Notes: a model not told the origin generated them from the letters alone. Shown: positions 41,601-56,916, counted from the stretch's first letter. The stretch: DNA of 64,000 nucleotides from Eledone cirrhosa (GCA_964016885.1 OZ024743.1:376340001-376404000); one strand, 5' to 3'. Translations and numbers: made by a program.

Positions 41601-44600
41601 CTAGAAACTACAGACATAGTGTATCTAGAAACTACAGACAATGTGTATCTAGAAACTACAGACATAGTGTATCTAGAAACTACAGACAGTGTATCTAGAA
41701 ACTACAGGCATAGTGTATCTAGAAACTACAGACATAGTGTATCTAGAAACTACAGACAGTGTATCTAGAAACTACAGACATAGTGTATCTAGAAACTACA
41801 GACATAGTGTATCTAGAAACTACAGACATTGTGTATCTAGAAACTACAGACACAGTGTATCTAGAAACTACAGACATTGTGTATCTAGAAACTACAGACA
41901 TAGTGTATCTAGAAACTAAACATAGTGTATCTAGAAATTACAGATATTGTGTATCTAGAAACTGCAGACACAGTGTATCTAGAAACTAGACATAGTGTAT
42001 CTAGAAACTACAGACACAGTGTATCTAGAAACAGCAGACAGAGTGTATCTAGAAACTACAGACATTGTGTATCTAGAAACTACAGACACAGTGTATCTAG
42101 AAACTACAGACATTGTGTATCTAGAAACTACAGATATAGTATATCTAGAAACTACAGACATAGTGTATCTAGAAACTACAGACATTGTGTATCTAGAAAC
42201 TACAAACATAGTGTATCTAGAAACTACAGACAGTGTATCTAGAAATTACAGACACAGTGTATCTAGAAACTACAGACATAGTGTATCTAGAAACTACAGA
42301 CAGTGTATCTAGAAATTACAGACATTGTGTATCTAGAAACTACAGCCAATGTGTATCTAGAAACTACAGACACAGTGTATCGAGAAACTACAGACAGTGT
42401 ATCTAGAAACTACAGACATAGTGTATCTAGAAACTACAGACATAGTGTATCTAGAAACTACAGACATAGTGTATCTAGAAACTACAGACACAGTGTATCT
42501 AGAAATTACAGACATTGTATCTAGAAACTACAGACATTGTGTATCTGGAAATTACAGACATAGTGTATCTAGAAACTACAGACACAGTGTATCTAGAAAC
42601 TACAGACACAGTGTATCTAGAAATTACAGACATAGTGTATTTAGAAATTACAGACATTGGGTATCTAGAAACTACAGACATATTGTATCTAGAAACTACA
42701 GACACTGTCTCTAGAAACTACAGACACAGTGTATCTAGAAACTACAGACATAGTGTATCTAGAAACTACAGACATAATGTATCTAGAAACTACACACATT
42801 GTGTATCTAGAAACTACAGAAAGTGTATCTAGAAACTGCAGATATTGTGTCTAAAAACTACAGATAGTGTATCTAGAAACTACAGACAGTGTATCTAGAA
42901 ACTACAGACACAGTGTATCTAGAAACTACAGACAATGTGTATCTAGAAACTACAGACAATGTGTATCTAGAAACTACAGACACAGTGTATCTAGAAACTA
43001 CAGACACGGTGTATCTAGAAACTACAGACATAGTGTATCTAGAAACTACAGACAGTGTATCTAGAAACTACAGACAGTGTATCTAGAAACTACAGACACA
43101 GTGTATCTAGAAACTACAGACACAGTGTATCTAGAAACTACAGACATAGTGTATCTAGAAACTACAGACACGGTGTATCTAGAAACCACACAAATTGTGT
43201 ATCTAGAAACTACAGACAATGTATCTAGAAACTACAGACACAGTGTATCTAGAAACTACAGATATAGTGTATCTAGAAACTACAGACATAGTGTATCTAG
43301 AAACTACAGACATAGTGTGTCTAGAAACTACAGACACGGTGTATCTAGAAACTACAGACATAGTGTATCTAGAAATTACAGACATAGTGTATCTAGAAAC
43401 TACAGACACAGTGTATCTAGAAATTACAAACATAGTCTATCTAGAAACTACAGACAGTGTATCTAGAAACTACAGACACAGTGTATCTAGAAACTACAGA
43501 CAATGTGTATCTAGAAACTACAGACATTGTGTATCTAGAAACTACAGACAGTGTATGTAGAAACTACAGACATAGTGTATCTAGAAACTACAGACATAGT
43601 GCATCTAGAAACTACAGACAGTGTATCTAGAAACTACAGACATAGTGTATCTAGAAACTACACACATAGTGTATCTAGAAACTACAGACAGTGTATCTAG
43701 AAAATACAGACAATGTTATCTAGAAACTACAGGCATAGTGTATCTAGAAACTACAGACATAGTGTATCTAGAAACTACAGACAGTGTATCTAGAAACTAC
43801 AGACATAGTGTATCTAGAAACTACAGACAGTGTATCTAGAAACTACAGACAAAGTGTATCTAGAAACTACAGGCATAGTGTATCTAGAAACTACAGACAT
43901 AGTGTATCTAGAAACTACAGACAGTGTATCTAGAAACTACAGACAAAGTGTATCTAGAAACTACAGGCATAGTGTATCTAGAAACTACAGACATAGTGTA
44001 TCTAGAAACTACAGACATTGTGTATCTAGAAACTACAGATATAGTGTATCTAGAAACTACAGACACAGTGTATCTAGAAACAGCAGACACAGTGTATCTA
44101 GAAACTACAGACATTGTGTATCTAGAAACTACAGACACAGTGTATCTAGAAACTACAGACATTGTGTATCTAGAAACTACAGATATAGTGTATCTAGAAA
44201 CTAAACATAGTGTATCTAGAAATTACAGATATTGTGTATCTAGAAACTGCAGACACAGTGTATCTAGAAACTAGACATAGTGTATCTAGAAACTACAGAC
44301 ACAGTGTATCTAGAAACAGCAGACACAGTGTATCTAGAAACTACAGACATTGTGTATCTATAAACTACAGACACAGTGTATCTAGAAACTACAGAGATTG
44401 TGTATCTAGAAACTACAGATATAGTGTATCTAGAAACTACAGACATAGTGTATCTAGAAACTACAGACATAGTGTATCTAGAAACTACAAACATAGTGTA
44501 TCTAGAAACTACAGACAGTGTATCTAGAAACTACAGACATAGTGTATCTAGAAACTACAGACATAGTGTGTCTAGAAACTACAGACAGTGTATCAAGAAA

Positions 44601-47600
44601 CTACAGACAGTGTATCTAGAAACTACAGACATAGTGTATCTAGGAACTACAGACAATGTGTATCTAGAAATTACAGACATTGTGTATCTAGAAACTACAG
44701 ACAGTGTATCTAGAAACTACAGACATAGTGTATCTAGAAACTACAGATATAGTGTATCTAGAAACTACAGACATTGTATCTAGAAACTACAGACAAAGTG
44801 TATCTAGAAACTACAGACATAGTGTATCTAGAAACTACAGACAGTGTATCTCGAAACTACAGTCATAGTGTATCTAGAAACTACAGACATAGTGTATCTA
44901 GAAACTACAGACAGTGTATCTAGAAACTACAGACATAGTGTATCTAGAAACTACACACATAGTGTATCTAGAAACTACAGACAGTGTATCTAGAAACTAC
45001 AGACATAGTGTATCTAGAAACTACAGACATAGTGTATCTAGAAACTACAGACAGTGTATCTAGAAACTACAGACATAGTGTATCTAGAAACTAGACACAT
45101 AGTGTATCTAGAAACTACAGACAGTGTATCTAGAAAATACAGACAATGTGTATCTAGAAACTACAGGCATAGTGTATCTAGAAACTACAGGCATAGTGTA
45201 TCTAGAAACTACAGACAGTGTATCTAGAAACTACAGACAGTGTATCTAGAAACTACAGACATAGTGTGTCTAGAAACTACAGACAGTGTATCAAGAAACT
45301 ACAGACAGTGTATCTAGAAACTACAGACATAGTGTATCTAGGAACTACAGACAATGTGTATCTAGAAACTACAGACATTGTGTATCTAGAAACTACAGAC
45401 AATGTGTATCTAGAAACTACAGACATTGTGTATCTAGAAACTACAGACATAGTGTATCTAGAAACTACAGACAATGTGTATCTAGAAACTACAGACATAG
45501 TGTATCTAGAAACTACAGACAGTGTATCTAGAAACTACAGGCATAGTGTATCTAGAAACTACAGACATAGTGTATCTAGAAACTACAGACAGTGTATCTA
45601 GAAACTACAGACATAGTGTATCTAGAAACTACAGACATAGTGTATCTAGAAACTACAGACATTGTGTATCTAGAAACTACAGACACAGTGTATCTAGAAA
45701 CTACAGACATTGTGTATCTAGAAACTACAGACATAGTGTATCTAGAAACTAAACATAGTGTATCTAGAAATTACAGATATTGTGTATCTAGAAACTGCAG
45801 ACACAGTGTATCTAGAAACTAGACATAGTGTATCTAGAAACTACAGACACAGTGTATCTAGAAACAGCAGACAGAGTGTATCTAGAAACTACAGACATTG
45901 TGTATCTAGAAACTACAGACACAGTGTATCTAGAAACTACAGACATTGTGTATCTAGAAACTACAGATATAGTGTATCTAGAAACTACAGACATAGTGTA
46001 TCTAGAAACTACAGACATTGTGTATCTAGAAACTACAAACATAGTGTATCTAGAAACTACAGACAGTGTATCTAGAAATTACAGACACAGTGTATCTAGA
46101 AACTACAGACATAGTGTATCTAGAAACTACAGACAGTGTATCTAGAAATTACAGACATTGTGTATCTAGAAACTACAGCCAATGTGTATCTAGAAACTAC
46201 AGACACAGTGTATCGAGAAACTACAGACAGTGTATCTAGAAACTACAGACATAGTGTATCTAGAAACTACAGACATAGTGTATCTAGAAACTACAGACAT
46301 AGTGTATCTAGAAACTACAGACACAGTGTATCTAGAAATTACAGACATTGTATCTAGAAACTACAGACATTGTGTATCTGGAAATTACAGACATAGTGTA
46401 TCTAGAAACTACAGACACAGTGTATCTAGAAACTACAGACACAGTGTATCTAGAAATTACAGACATAGTGTATTTAGAAATTACAGACATTGGGTATCTA
46501 GAAACTACAGACATATTGTATCTAGAAACTACAGACACTGTCTCTAGAAACTACAGACACAGTGTATCTAGAAACTACAGACATAGTGTATCTAGAAACT
46601 ACAGACATAATGTATCTAGAAACTACACACATTGTGTATCTAGAAACTACAGAAAGTGTATCTAGAAACTGCAGATATTGTGTCTAAAAACTACAGATAG
46701 TGTATCTAGAAACTACAGACAGTGTATCTAGAAACTACAGACACAGTGTATCTAGAAACTACAGACAATGTGTATCTAGAAACTACAGACAATGTGTATC
46801 TAGAAACTACAGACACAGTGTATCTAGAAACTACAGACACGGTGTATCTAGAAACTACAGACATAGTGTATCTAGAAACTACAGACAGTGTATCTAGAAA
46901 CTACAGACAGTGTATCTAGAAACTACAGACACAGTGTATCTAGAAACTACAGACACAGTGTATCTAGAAACTACAGACATAGTGTATCTAGAAACTACAG
47001 ACACGGTGTATCTAGAAACCACACAAATTGTGTATCTAGAAACTACAGACAATGTATCTAGAAACTACAGACACAGTGTATCTAGAAACTACAGATATAG
47101 TGTATCTAGAAACTACAGACATAGTGTATCTAGAAACTACAGACATAGTGTGTCTAGAAACTACAGACACGGTGTATCTAGAAACTACAGACATAGTGTA
47201 TCTAGAAATTACAGACATAGTGTATCTAGAAACTACAGACATAGTGTATCTAGAAACTACAGACATAGTGTATCTAGAAACCACAGACATAGTGTATCTA
47301 GAAACTACAGACAGTGTTTCTAGAAACTACAGACACGGTGTGTCTAGAAACTGCAGACACAGTGTGTCTAGAAACTACAGACATAGTGTATCTAGAAACT
47401 ACAGACATAGTGTATCTAAAAACTTCTGATATTGTGTATCTAGAAATTACAGACATTGTGTATCTAGAAACTACAGACATAGTGTATCTAGAAATTACAG
47501 ACGTAGTGTGTCTAGAAACTACAGACATAGTGTGTCTAGAAATTACAGGCAGTGTGTTTCTAGAAACTACAGACAGTGTGTTTCTAGAAACTACAGACAC

Positions 47601-47672
47601 AGTTTCTAGAAACTACAGACAGAGTGTCTCTAGAAATTACAGGCTTGGTGTATCTAGAAACTACAGACATAT
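23692..47672 (+). repeat. ~24-kb satellite of 22/24-bp monomers, TGTATCTAGAAACTACAGACA + G or NNG, roughly 1000 copies
   Basis: Direct reading; XbaI site in most monomers; more diverged monomers at both ends. Confidence 0.99.
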
Positions 47673-47962
47673 TATGTGAAGGAGAAGAACCAGGCTAAAT
47701 GTTAAAGTTTAAATACCAGCGTTATGTATTCTGCTCTTTATTTTTTCGGTGAGGGACGATACCTATAACACTACGAATTTTGTACGTGTTTTCGTTTTAG
47801 TCAGATGTGAAAGTGTAGTGCTCATGGCCATTTCCAGCCCATATGTGAGCACTGGAGGTGGTGCAATGACTGAACGAAGGAAAGAAGGAAGGAATAAGTA
47901 AGGAAGGAAACTCTTTTCAAACCGGAGACTTGACCTCAAATGCTTTCAAGAGAGTATATTCC

Positions 47963-48032
47963 TCTAGACTACATACACGCTGTCTGTAGTTTCTAGACAC
48001 ACGGTGTCTCTATATTCTAGATGCACTATGTC
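47963..48032 (-). repeat. Inverted, degenerate patch of 2-3 satellite monomers
   Basis: tgtctgtagtttctagacac at 47981-48000 is the reverse complement of a monomer variant. Confidence 0.85.
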
Positions 48033-48262
48033 AGGGAGGAAATGCGGAATAATTACGACAGGAACCTTTATAGTTGCATGTCTGCTTAATTATGACTAAA
48101 TTGTGGCTAAACAGCAGCAACTAAAACCTACCCAATATGAATATAGGGTGTTTTAGTCCAATATTTCTTATGTGAGATTACACCCCCCCCCCCACACGCA
48201 CACTCACATACACACGCACACGCACTCACACACACACATATATATATGCATATATATATGTA

Positions 48263-48346
<84 letters not shown>

Positions 48347-48477
48347 TAAATCTACCAAAAGTTTACGGTAGTGTCCAATCCGTATGAAGATCTCAATGTA
48401 ATCCGGATATCATGAAAAGAGAAGATGCATTCAAAAACTACTTTCGGTGAAAAATAAACGGAAAACAGAGTCAAGAT

Positions 48478-48856
48478 AAATTAATAAAATAATGAATAAA
48501 CAAAGAGACAGTTCCTTATATTAAAAAATTCATCATTTTACGATCGTTTCTAGGATATATATGTGTTAGAGTTGGTATGCATATTCTATAGATCTATGTA
48601 CAATATTTATACAAACTATCAGAGGGAATATACATACGTACACATATATATGCTGTCTTCAGAAATAATTATTTCTGAAGACAGCATATATATGTGTAGG
48701 TATGTATATTTCCTCTGATAGTTTGTATAAATATTGTACATAGATCTATAGAATATGCATACCAACTCTAACACATATATATCCTAGAAACGATCGTAAA
48801 ATGATGAATTTTTTTAATATAAGGAACTGTCTCTTTGTTTATTCATTATTTTATTA

Positions 48857-48860
<4 letters not shown>
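48478..48860. repeat. Spacer-less palindrome (~190-bp arms, axis at 48668/48669)
   Basis: ctgtcttcagaaataa|ttatttctgaagacag at the axis; ends at (TA)n. Confidence 0.95.
48668..48805 (+). ncRNA. Type I hammerhead with 105-nt stem II region; mirror copy on the minus strand
   Basis: attattt-CTGAAGA-(cagcatatatatgtgt..acacatatatatccta)-GAAA-cgatc-GTA-aaatgat. Confidence 0.62.
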
Positions 48861-48887
<27 letters not shown>

Positions 48888-48999
48888 CATTAGTTAAGCA
48901 AAACAAGACCACAAATTTCACAAGGAAGACATTATTAAAAGATTGTCAACATATTTTAGTTTGATGTAAGGAATTTAGACAATAATAATAATAATATTA

Positions 49000-49113
49000 A
49001 TAATTGTTTCTCTTTTAGGCACAAGGCCAGCAATTACTCAATACATTACTGGTACTTTATTTTATCGACCCCGTAAGGATGAAAGGCAAAGTTAACCTCG
49101 GCAGGATTTGAAT
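49000..49113 (-). mobile_element. 5'-truncated copy of the Meta-like SINE in an (AAT)n tract
   Basis: Reverse complement of about 15085-15185. Confidence 0.85.
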
Positions 49114-49483
49114 AATAATATTAATAATAATAATAATAATAATGTCCGTTTACAATCGTTTCGCTACTCCATATAATATTTCTGGATCAGATGACTATAT
49201 ATCATTATTGGTCCTGTTTTGCTTAACTAATGAATATTTCCAGCTCTGCGCGCCTAACTTCTGCATGAACCCAGCCACCTAGCTGCTTTCTACTGCATAT
49301 TGCACATTGAGCACATGCCTTTACGCTTTGGCTTCTAACTAATTCACCAATCTCTCCTCTCCTATCTCCATCTCTCTCTTTAAGATTGGTTACTCTTGAT
49401 ATATATATATATATATAAAGAAAAAGAGATGAAATCGAAAATGCAACTGGAGTTTTATTTTTTTTTTAAATATATATATTTAT

Positions 49484-49780
<297 letters not shown>

Positions 49781-49799
49781 GTATATATATATATAAATA

Positions 49800-51202
<1,403 letters not shown>

Positions 51203-51393
51203 AGTCTGATGAATAGTCAGACAGAATTTATTCATTTTTTCTTCGTAGTCCGTAGAAATCAACCAGATAAATAATCAGATAAAATAAATAATTATTTACT
51301 TAATTCATTCACTCATCGAGACGCACAGTTGAAGGTAACCAACACTCATATATGTATCTATGACTATGTTTAAACATTTATATGTCCTTATGA

Positions 51394-51483
<90 letters not shown>

Positions 51484-51516
51484 GTAAATACATATACACA
51501 CACACACACTCTTTTC

Positions 51517-51556
<40 letters not shown>

Positions 51557-51681
51557 TGTATATATATATATATTAAGGAAAAGAGTCAGGACCCCGACGG
51601 CTGAGCTCCGGCCGTTTCGACAGCTATATCCAGTACTCTGGTGCGTTATGGTCCACCTGGTTTCTTACCACACTTTCTTTG

Positions 51682-51723
<42 letters not shown>

Positions 51724-51779
51724 CCCGTTCCTCCTTCACATCACCCTTTACCTCCTATTCATCTTCCATTTCCAACTCT

Positions 51780-51817
51780 GTCTTCTGATGAAGGACTAGT
51801 GTCCTAAAAGTGAAGAC
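51780..51817 (+). ncRNA. Degenerate minimal type I hammerhead
   Basis: gtctt-CTGATGA-aggactagtgtcc-taaaagtg-aagac; stems I and II pair, the GAAAC/GTH part is mutated. Confidence 0.5.
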
Positions 51818-51885
51818 TCTCTTCCTGCTATTTCACACGTTAAATACTATATTTCTTCCCCGTACTGTGCCGTTTTTGTTATTAC

Positions 51886-51951
<66 letters not shown>

Positions 51952-52232
51952 GTATATATCTAGACCCAACCATATGCTATGTTTTACGCATGACTTCGCC
52001 ATTGCTCTAATGTCGATGATTAAAAATATATTCTCTAACGACATTAAAAACAAACAAACAAACATTAACATTTACTGATTTTCTCTCCAGGTATAGCCTT
52101 AAATGGAGATTTATTTTCTTCTGGAAATAAACATATTTTCCATTCTTTTCTGTGAGTGTTTGTCTTCAAATGATGGTGTAAATGCTGCTACTGCTATTGC
52201 TGTTCTATAATTGTACTGCTGTTCATACATAC

Positions 52233-52363
52233 CTAAGATTTTCGAAACATTTCCAACAACACATCGGCCATTGTTATCTACCCTAAATAGTTTGTTTCCC
52301 CCCACCATAACGAATGTTTGTGCCAGAGCATTATGGACAGCTCTTGAGGGCACCACAACAAGT
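52233..52363 (-). CDS. Candidate internal exon of an unidentified host gene
   Basis: Acceptor tttttctgttttctgtttccag, donor AG|gtatgt, 131 bp with one open frame LVVVPSRAVHNALAQTFVMVGGNKLFRVDNNGRCVVGNVSKIL. Confidence 0.35.
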
Positions 52364-52594
52364 CTGGAAACAGAAAACAGAAAAAGCAGTCATAATTGAT
52401 TTTCCGATTATAAACGCTTCTATCTATCTACAAGTGTTGCTTACTTACTTACATCTCAGAGCAAAAACAAAGGATCACTTTATTTAAGCCGAATACATTT
52501 CAGTACATCATAGTCAGACATGTTTATAGATTTAGAAAATCAACATATACATACAAATGTACGTACATAAATACATACGTATATACATACATGT

Positions 52595-52664
<70 letters not shown>

Positions 52665-52699
52665 CGTGTATATATATATATATGTGTGTGTGCGTGTGT

Positions 52700-52935
52700 G
52701 TGTGATTAGGGCGTTCATTTCCCGATTATCTGGTCATGAGTTCGATTCTCAGTAGCGCCTTAGCGCCTTTTCTCCTTGAGCAAGTCATAGATTCACCCTG
52801 TTCTAGTGCACTCAGCTGGCAAAAATGTTTTGTACCTGTAATTCAAAGGGTCCTGTATTACGCTTAAATCCCCCGAAATACGTTACACACTTTAATTTCT
52901 CGGTAAAGCCGTTTCGTTGATCGAATCAACTGAAA
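52700..52935 (+). mobile_element. Old tRNA-derived SINE
   Basis: B-box-like gagttcgattc followed by ccttgagcaag..cactcagctggcaaaaatg; probable reverse copy near 54615-54750. Confidence 0.55.
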
Positions 52936-55104
52936 ATAAGGCAGAGTTTGTCAGAAATGATCTCGTTATGCTGCAGACGTCGCTAACTTAGGACATACAA
53001 TACTTTCAGTTCATTGATATCAGCCAATTTCGATATTTTCTATGATCTCATATTGATCTTGTGTTAGATTAAGTAACAATATCTTACGGTCATGACACGC
53101 AAACGAGAATGACTTGGTAGCATGCAAGGTTTCTATGTGACCGAGAGAAAATATAGACAACGTCTCGACTTTCCCTCTTTTGATCCCACGGAACATCGAG
53201 GAAGTAACAGCTAGAGGGACAAAGGGCTGCACCAGCAATGGGCAGGAACTTTCATTATCGAATTCGAAAGAAAGATAATATGGACCTCGGATTTGAACTT
53301 AGGCGTGGGGAATCGAAACATATAATAGAGAATGTTAGCCAACATTCTAACGACTCTGGCAAATCGACTGCGTTATTGAATAGAGCAAGTATTTCAAATG
53401 CAGCAGAATAAATGATGTTTACTGTATTTTAATTAAAAACTAGTAAAATTAATTAGGGGCGTTATTCATTCATTAAAACAGACTGTTGGTGAATAGAATG
53501 GAAGAAAACACTATAAAAGCAAACCAACAAAAAATAACTAAGTTAAAACATTATTGTTCTGATAGGAAACTCAATGCTGGCAGCCATGTTAAAATATTAT
53601 GACTTCACAAATGTGTTGTACTAAATATATTCGGATCTGTTTTCAAAAATGGCCACTGTTCTCAAAATAGCTCTGTTCTAATAAGTGTGAACATTTTTGA
53701 TTCAATGCGATAGCATTCAATTATATACAAAAATACAATGAACTAGTTTATCCTTTGCGCAACAGATTAGAAAATATACGTTATTTTCAGTAGTTCTTGC
53801 ATTACACTCTATATTTACACTATATGTTTTTTTTACTGTATTTTTAGTGTATTTAGCTGTATTTCTGCACCCTGTGTATATTATATATACAGTGTTATAT
53901 TCAAAATCTGTTATTCAGCTAAATTCCCTTCATATAAATGCTTAAATTTTCCCACATGATATGACGGAGAGCGACTGCTTCATAACTCATGAATTTTATA
54001 CATGATTCCTTGAAGATATTTTAACGTATTTGTTATTACGTAATAGCACGTCCAGAGGTTTTTATTTTATTAAATTAATCTTAATTCCAGTAACACGAAG
54101 GAAGGACGGTAGGGATATCTATAAGGATAATTAAACTTACTAGAAACAGCAGCTACATCTCTTTCAAATCACACCATATTTGTTTAAAAAAAGGAAAAGG
54201 AAAGACATTGGATAATGTAGTTCAAGATACACAATGCTTTAGTAAAAAGAAACAAGGTAGTCAGGAGTCAGTAAAAAATTAGTTGACACTGTCAAAGACT
54301 GAACTCAGACATGAAAGTGCAAATGTGGAAGTATTTAAGAGAAAGATGAAGAGATAAAGAGGGAAGGGAGAGAGGGGAAGGAGAGGAGAAAGTTAAAGAG
54401 TGAGAAAGAGAGAGAGGGACGGCAAAAAAGAGAGACAGGGACAGAATGAGAGGACGAGAGAAAGAACGAGCGTGAGTAAGAGAGAAAGAGACTTTACATC
54501 CCTTCTTCCATCCTTGCCCGTGTTGGAAGAAGGCTGGTTTAGGAAGTGTTAAGCGACTAAGAATACAAAACTCTTTTCTAAACAGGAGGATAATTCGGCG
54601 CAGGACGAACCCGCAGCTATCACTGGTACTAACTTTCAGCTATCTAGACGAAGGCAACGTGAAATGAAAGGCCTTGCACAAATACATCACCGAACCACTC
54701 ATCATATGTCTGCCGGGAAAGTGTGTTTAACCACAATGGGACCTTAACCACTCATTCCCGTCATTTTAGAAAATTTAAGCATGTAACTAGAAGTGTTAAC
54801 AAAATTGCTTGATTTACAAATCATCATTGGGAAATTTGAAATCTACATATATATTTGCCACGATGCAGATAACTATAATAAAATTTGAAAAATTCATGCA
54901 GAAACAGCACTCAGAGAAAATACAGAAACTATACATTTTGTATATTACAAGAACCAAATGCAGCCTGGTTATAAAAAGGATGAGCATGTCATGAATAAAA
55001 ATCTTTAAAAATGCATCCATCTTATTCAGAAACACAAAGCTTAATATAAACCTTAAAAAGGCAATGCGAAAAATAATAGAAATGATCATATTAGAGTACA
55101 ATCG

Positions 55105-55212
<108 letters not shown>

Positions 55213-55350
55213 TATATATATTTATGGATAGATAGAAAGATAGTGTATAGGGACTAAGTTGAAAAATAAACCTCATTTGGTGATCCCATGAGAGTTTCTT
55301 GGCCAACCTATGAAGCTTTCAGCCGACCCTCGTATATTTGTACTTATATG

Positions 55351-55422
<72 letters not shown>

Positions 55423-55426
55423 CAGT

Positions 55427-55461
<35 letters not shown>

Positions 55462-55466
55462 TGTAT

Positions 55467-55867
55467 GTATAGTATATTTGCCAATATATCGCATGTTTAA
55501 TTAAAAACATTTAGAAGGCCATACGCTATCGGTTTTAAAGTAGTGACTATGTCACTTACTTCTTTTCGGCGAAAGAAGGGAGAGAAGCTAACAGTCTGTT
55601 TCATGCTGTTTGGCGATCATCAGAGCCATGCACCCCCTGCTTCCACCGAAAATTATAGAAGCTGGATTCTTATAGAATTCTAGTAATAATCAGGAGCTGA
55701 TTATACAGAGCGATTGCCGGTCCACAGCGTGAAACAGACTGTTAGCTTCTCTCCCTTTTTTCGCCGAAAAGAAGTAAGTGACATAGTCACTACTTTAAAA
55801 CCGATAGCGTATGGCCTTCTAAATGTTTTTAATTAAACATGCGATATATTGCCAAATATACTATACA
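55467..55867. repeat. Foldback insertion in (TA)n with ~143-bp inverted arms
   Basis: 55467-55609 versus 55724-55867. Confidence 0.93.
55586..55627 (-). ncRNA. Type I hammerhead motif
   Basis: ggct-CTGATGA-tcgccaaacagcat-GAAA-cagact-GTT-agct; the opposite arm has gcgt, which restores the cgc/gcg stem II. Confidence 0.6.
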
Positions 55868-55876
55868 TACCAATCG

Positions 55877-55924
<48 letters not shown>

Positions 55925-55931
<7 letters not shown>

Positions 55932-56338
55932 GGTAGTAACACGTTCTTACGCCGTATTTGACTAAGTAGAATTAGTCTGTTAGTTGGGATTAAAAAAAAA
56001 CCCTCTGAATGGAAAACGGATAGGTATTGATGTACATGGGACGCGAACCCACATATCTGGTTTGCCGGATCAATGTGTTATATAGCTTCTAATTGAATAA
56101 AAGGAGACATGCGTGGCGTGTTGGTGTAATGGTAACACATTGATCTGGCAAACCAAAGATATGAGTTCGTGTCCCATATAGGTCAATACTCATGCTTTTT
56201 TTTTCCATTCAGAGGTTTTTTTTTTAAACCCCAACTAACAGACTAATTCTACTTAGTCAAATACGGCATAAGAACGTGTTACTATGTAATTTTCAAATTT
56301 GTTAGCCGTTTGTAAACAAAGCCTGCTTTGTGTCTCCC
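55925..56338 (+). mobile_element. tRNA-headed SINE-like element (56115-56338) preceded by an inverted partial copy (55925-56080), within (TA)n
   Basis: A-box tggtgtaatgg, B-box gagttcgtgtccc (gggttcgcgtccc in the inverted copy); arms are reverse complements. Confidence 0.7.
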
Positions 56339-56788
56339 TATATATATATATATGCAACAATGTGTGTGCATGTGGTGTAGATTTTAGTCAACTCGACTGC
56401 TTAATTAGCTTATGATGTCATTTAGCCATAGATAAATCTTCAGCATCGATGATAGCATTAAATATATTGGTAAGAAGAAGAAGAAGAAGAAGAAGAAGAT
56501 TAAATACATTGCCAAAGAAGAAATAAGAAGAAAAGAATGGATAGCTGGTCGTTATTCTTAAGTGATCGACGGTGTAGAAGAAGACATAGAGAGTGCATTG
56601 TTTATTAAGCTTTCCTCGCCAAGCTGTATAACGTTAGCAGCCATTTTTGCTGAATGACTTTCTCACTTTGAAGCATGTCGAGGGATTTACAAGGAACTAA
56701 AGTGAAATCATTAACTTAATCTCATCTATGTATAAGGGAAGTTGACAATTAGGCTGAGCAGCATTGATAATATCTCGGAATAAAACCT

Positions 56789-56819
<31 letters not shown>

Positions 56820-56837
56820 AGACAGAGAGAGAGAGTT

Positions 56838-56916
<79 letters not shown>

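Noticed and set aside
23692-47672. CRISPR-like array (conserved dyad repeat with variable linkers)
   Set aside because: Linkers are only 1-3 nt and recur, there are no unique spacers or cas genes, and the context is eukaryotic
23973-47679. Dozens of YLETTDIV/VSRNYRH ORFs as a repetitive protein gene
   Set aside because: They are translations of the 24-bp monomer, broken by every 22-bp unit, with no consistent frame
23420-47900. gtgcaatgact on both sides of the satellite as a target-site duplication or LTR
   Set aside because: Both look like decayed 3' ends of an abundant SINE and lie about 200-250 bp from the array edges
56115-56185. Functional tRNA gene
   Set aside because: Poor acceptor and anticodon stems, and it is part of a duplicated repeat; treated as a SINE head
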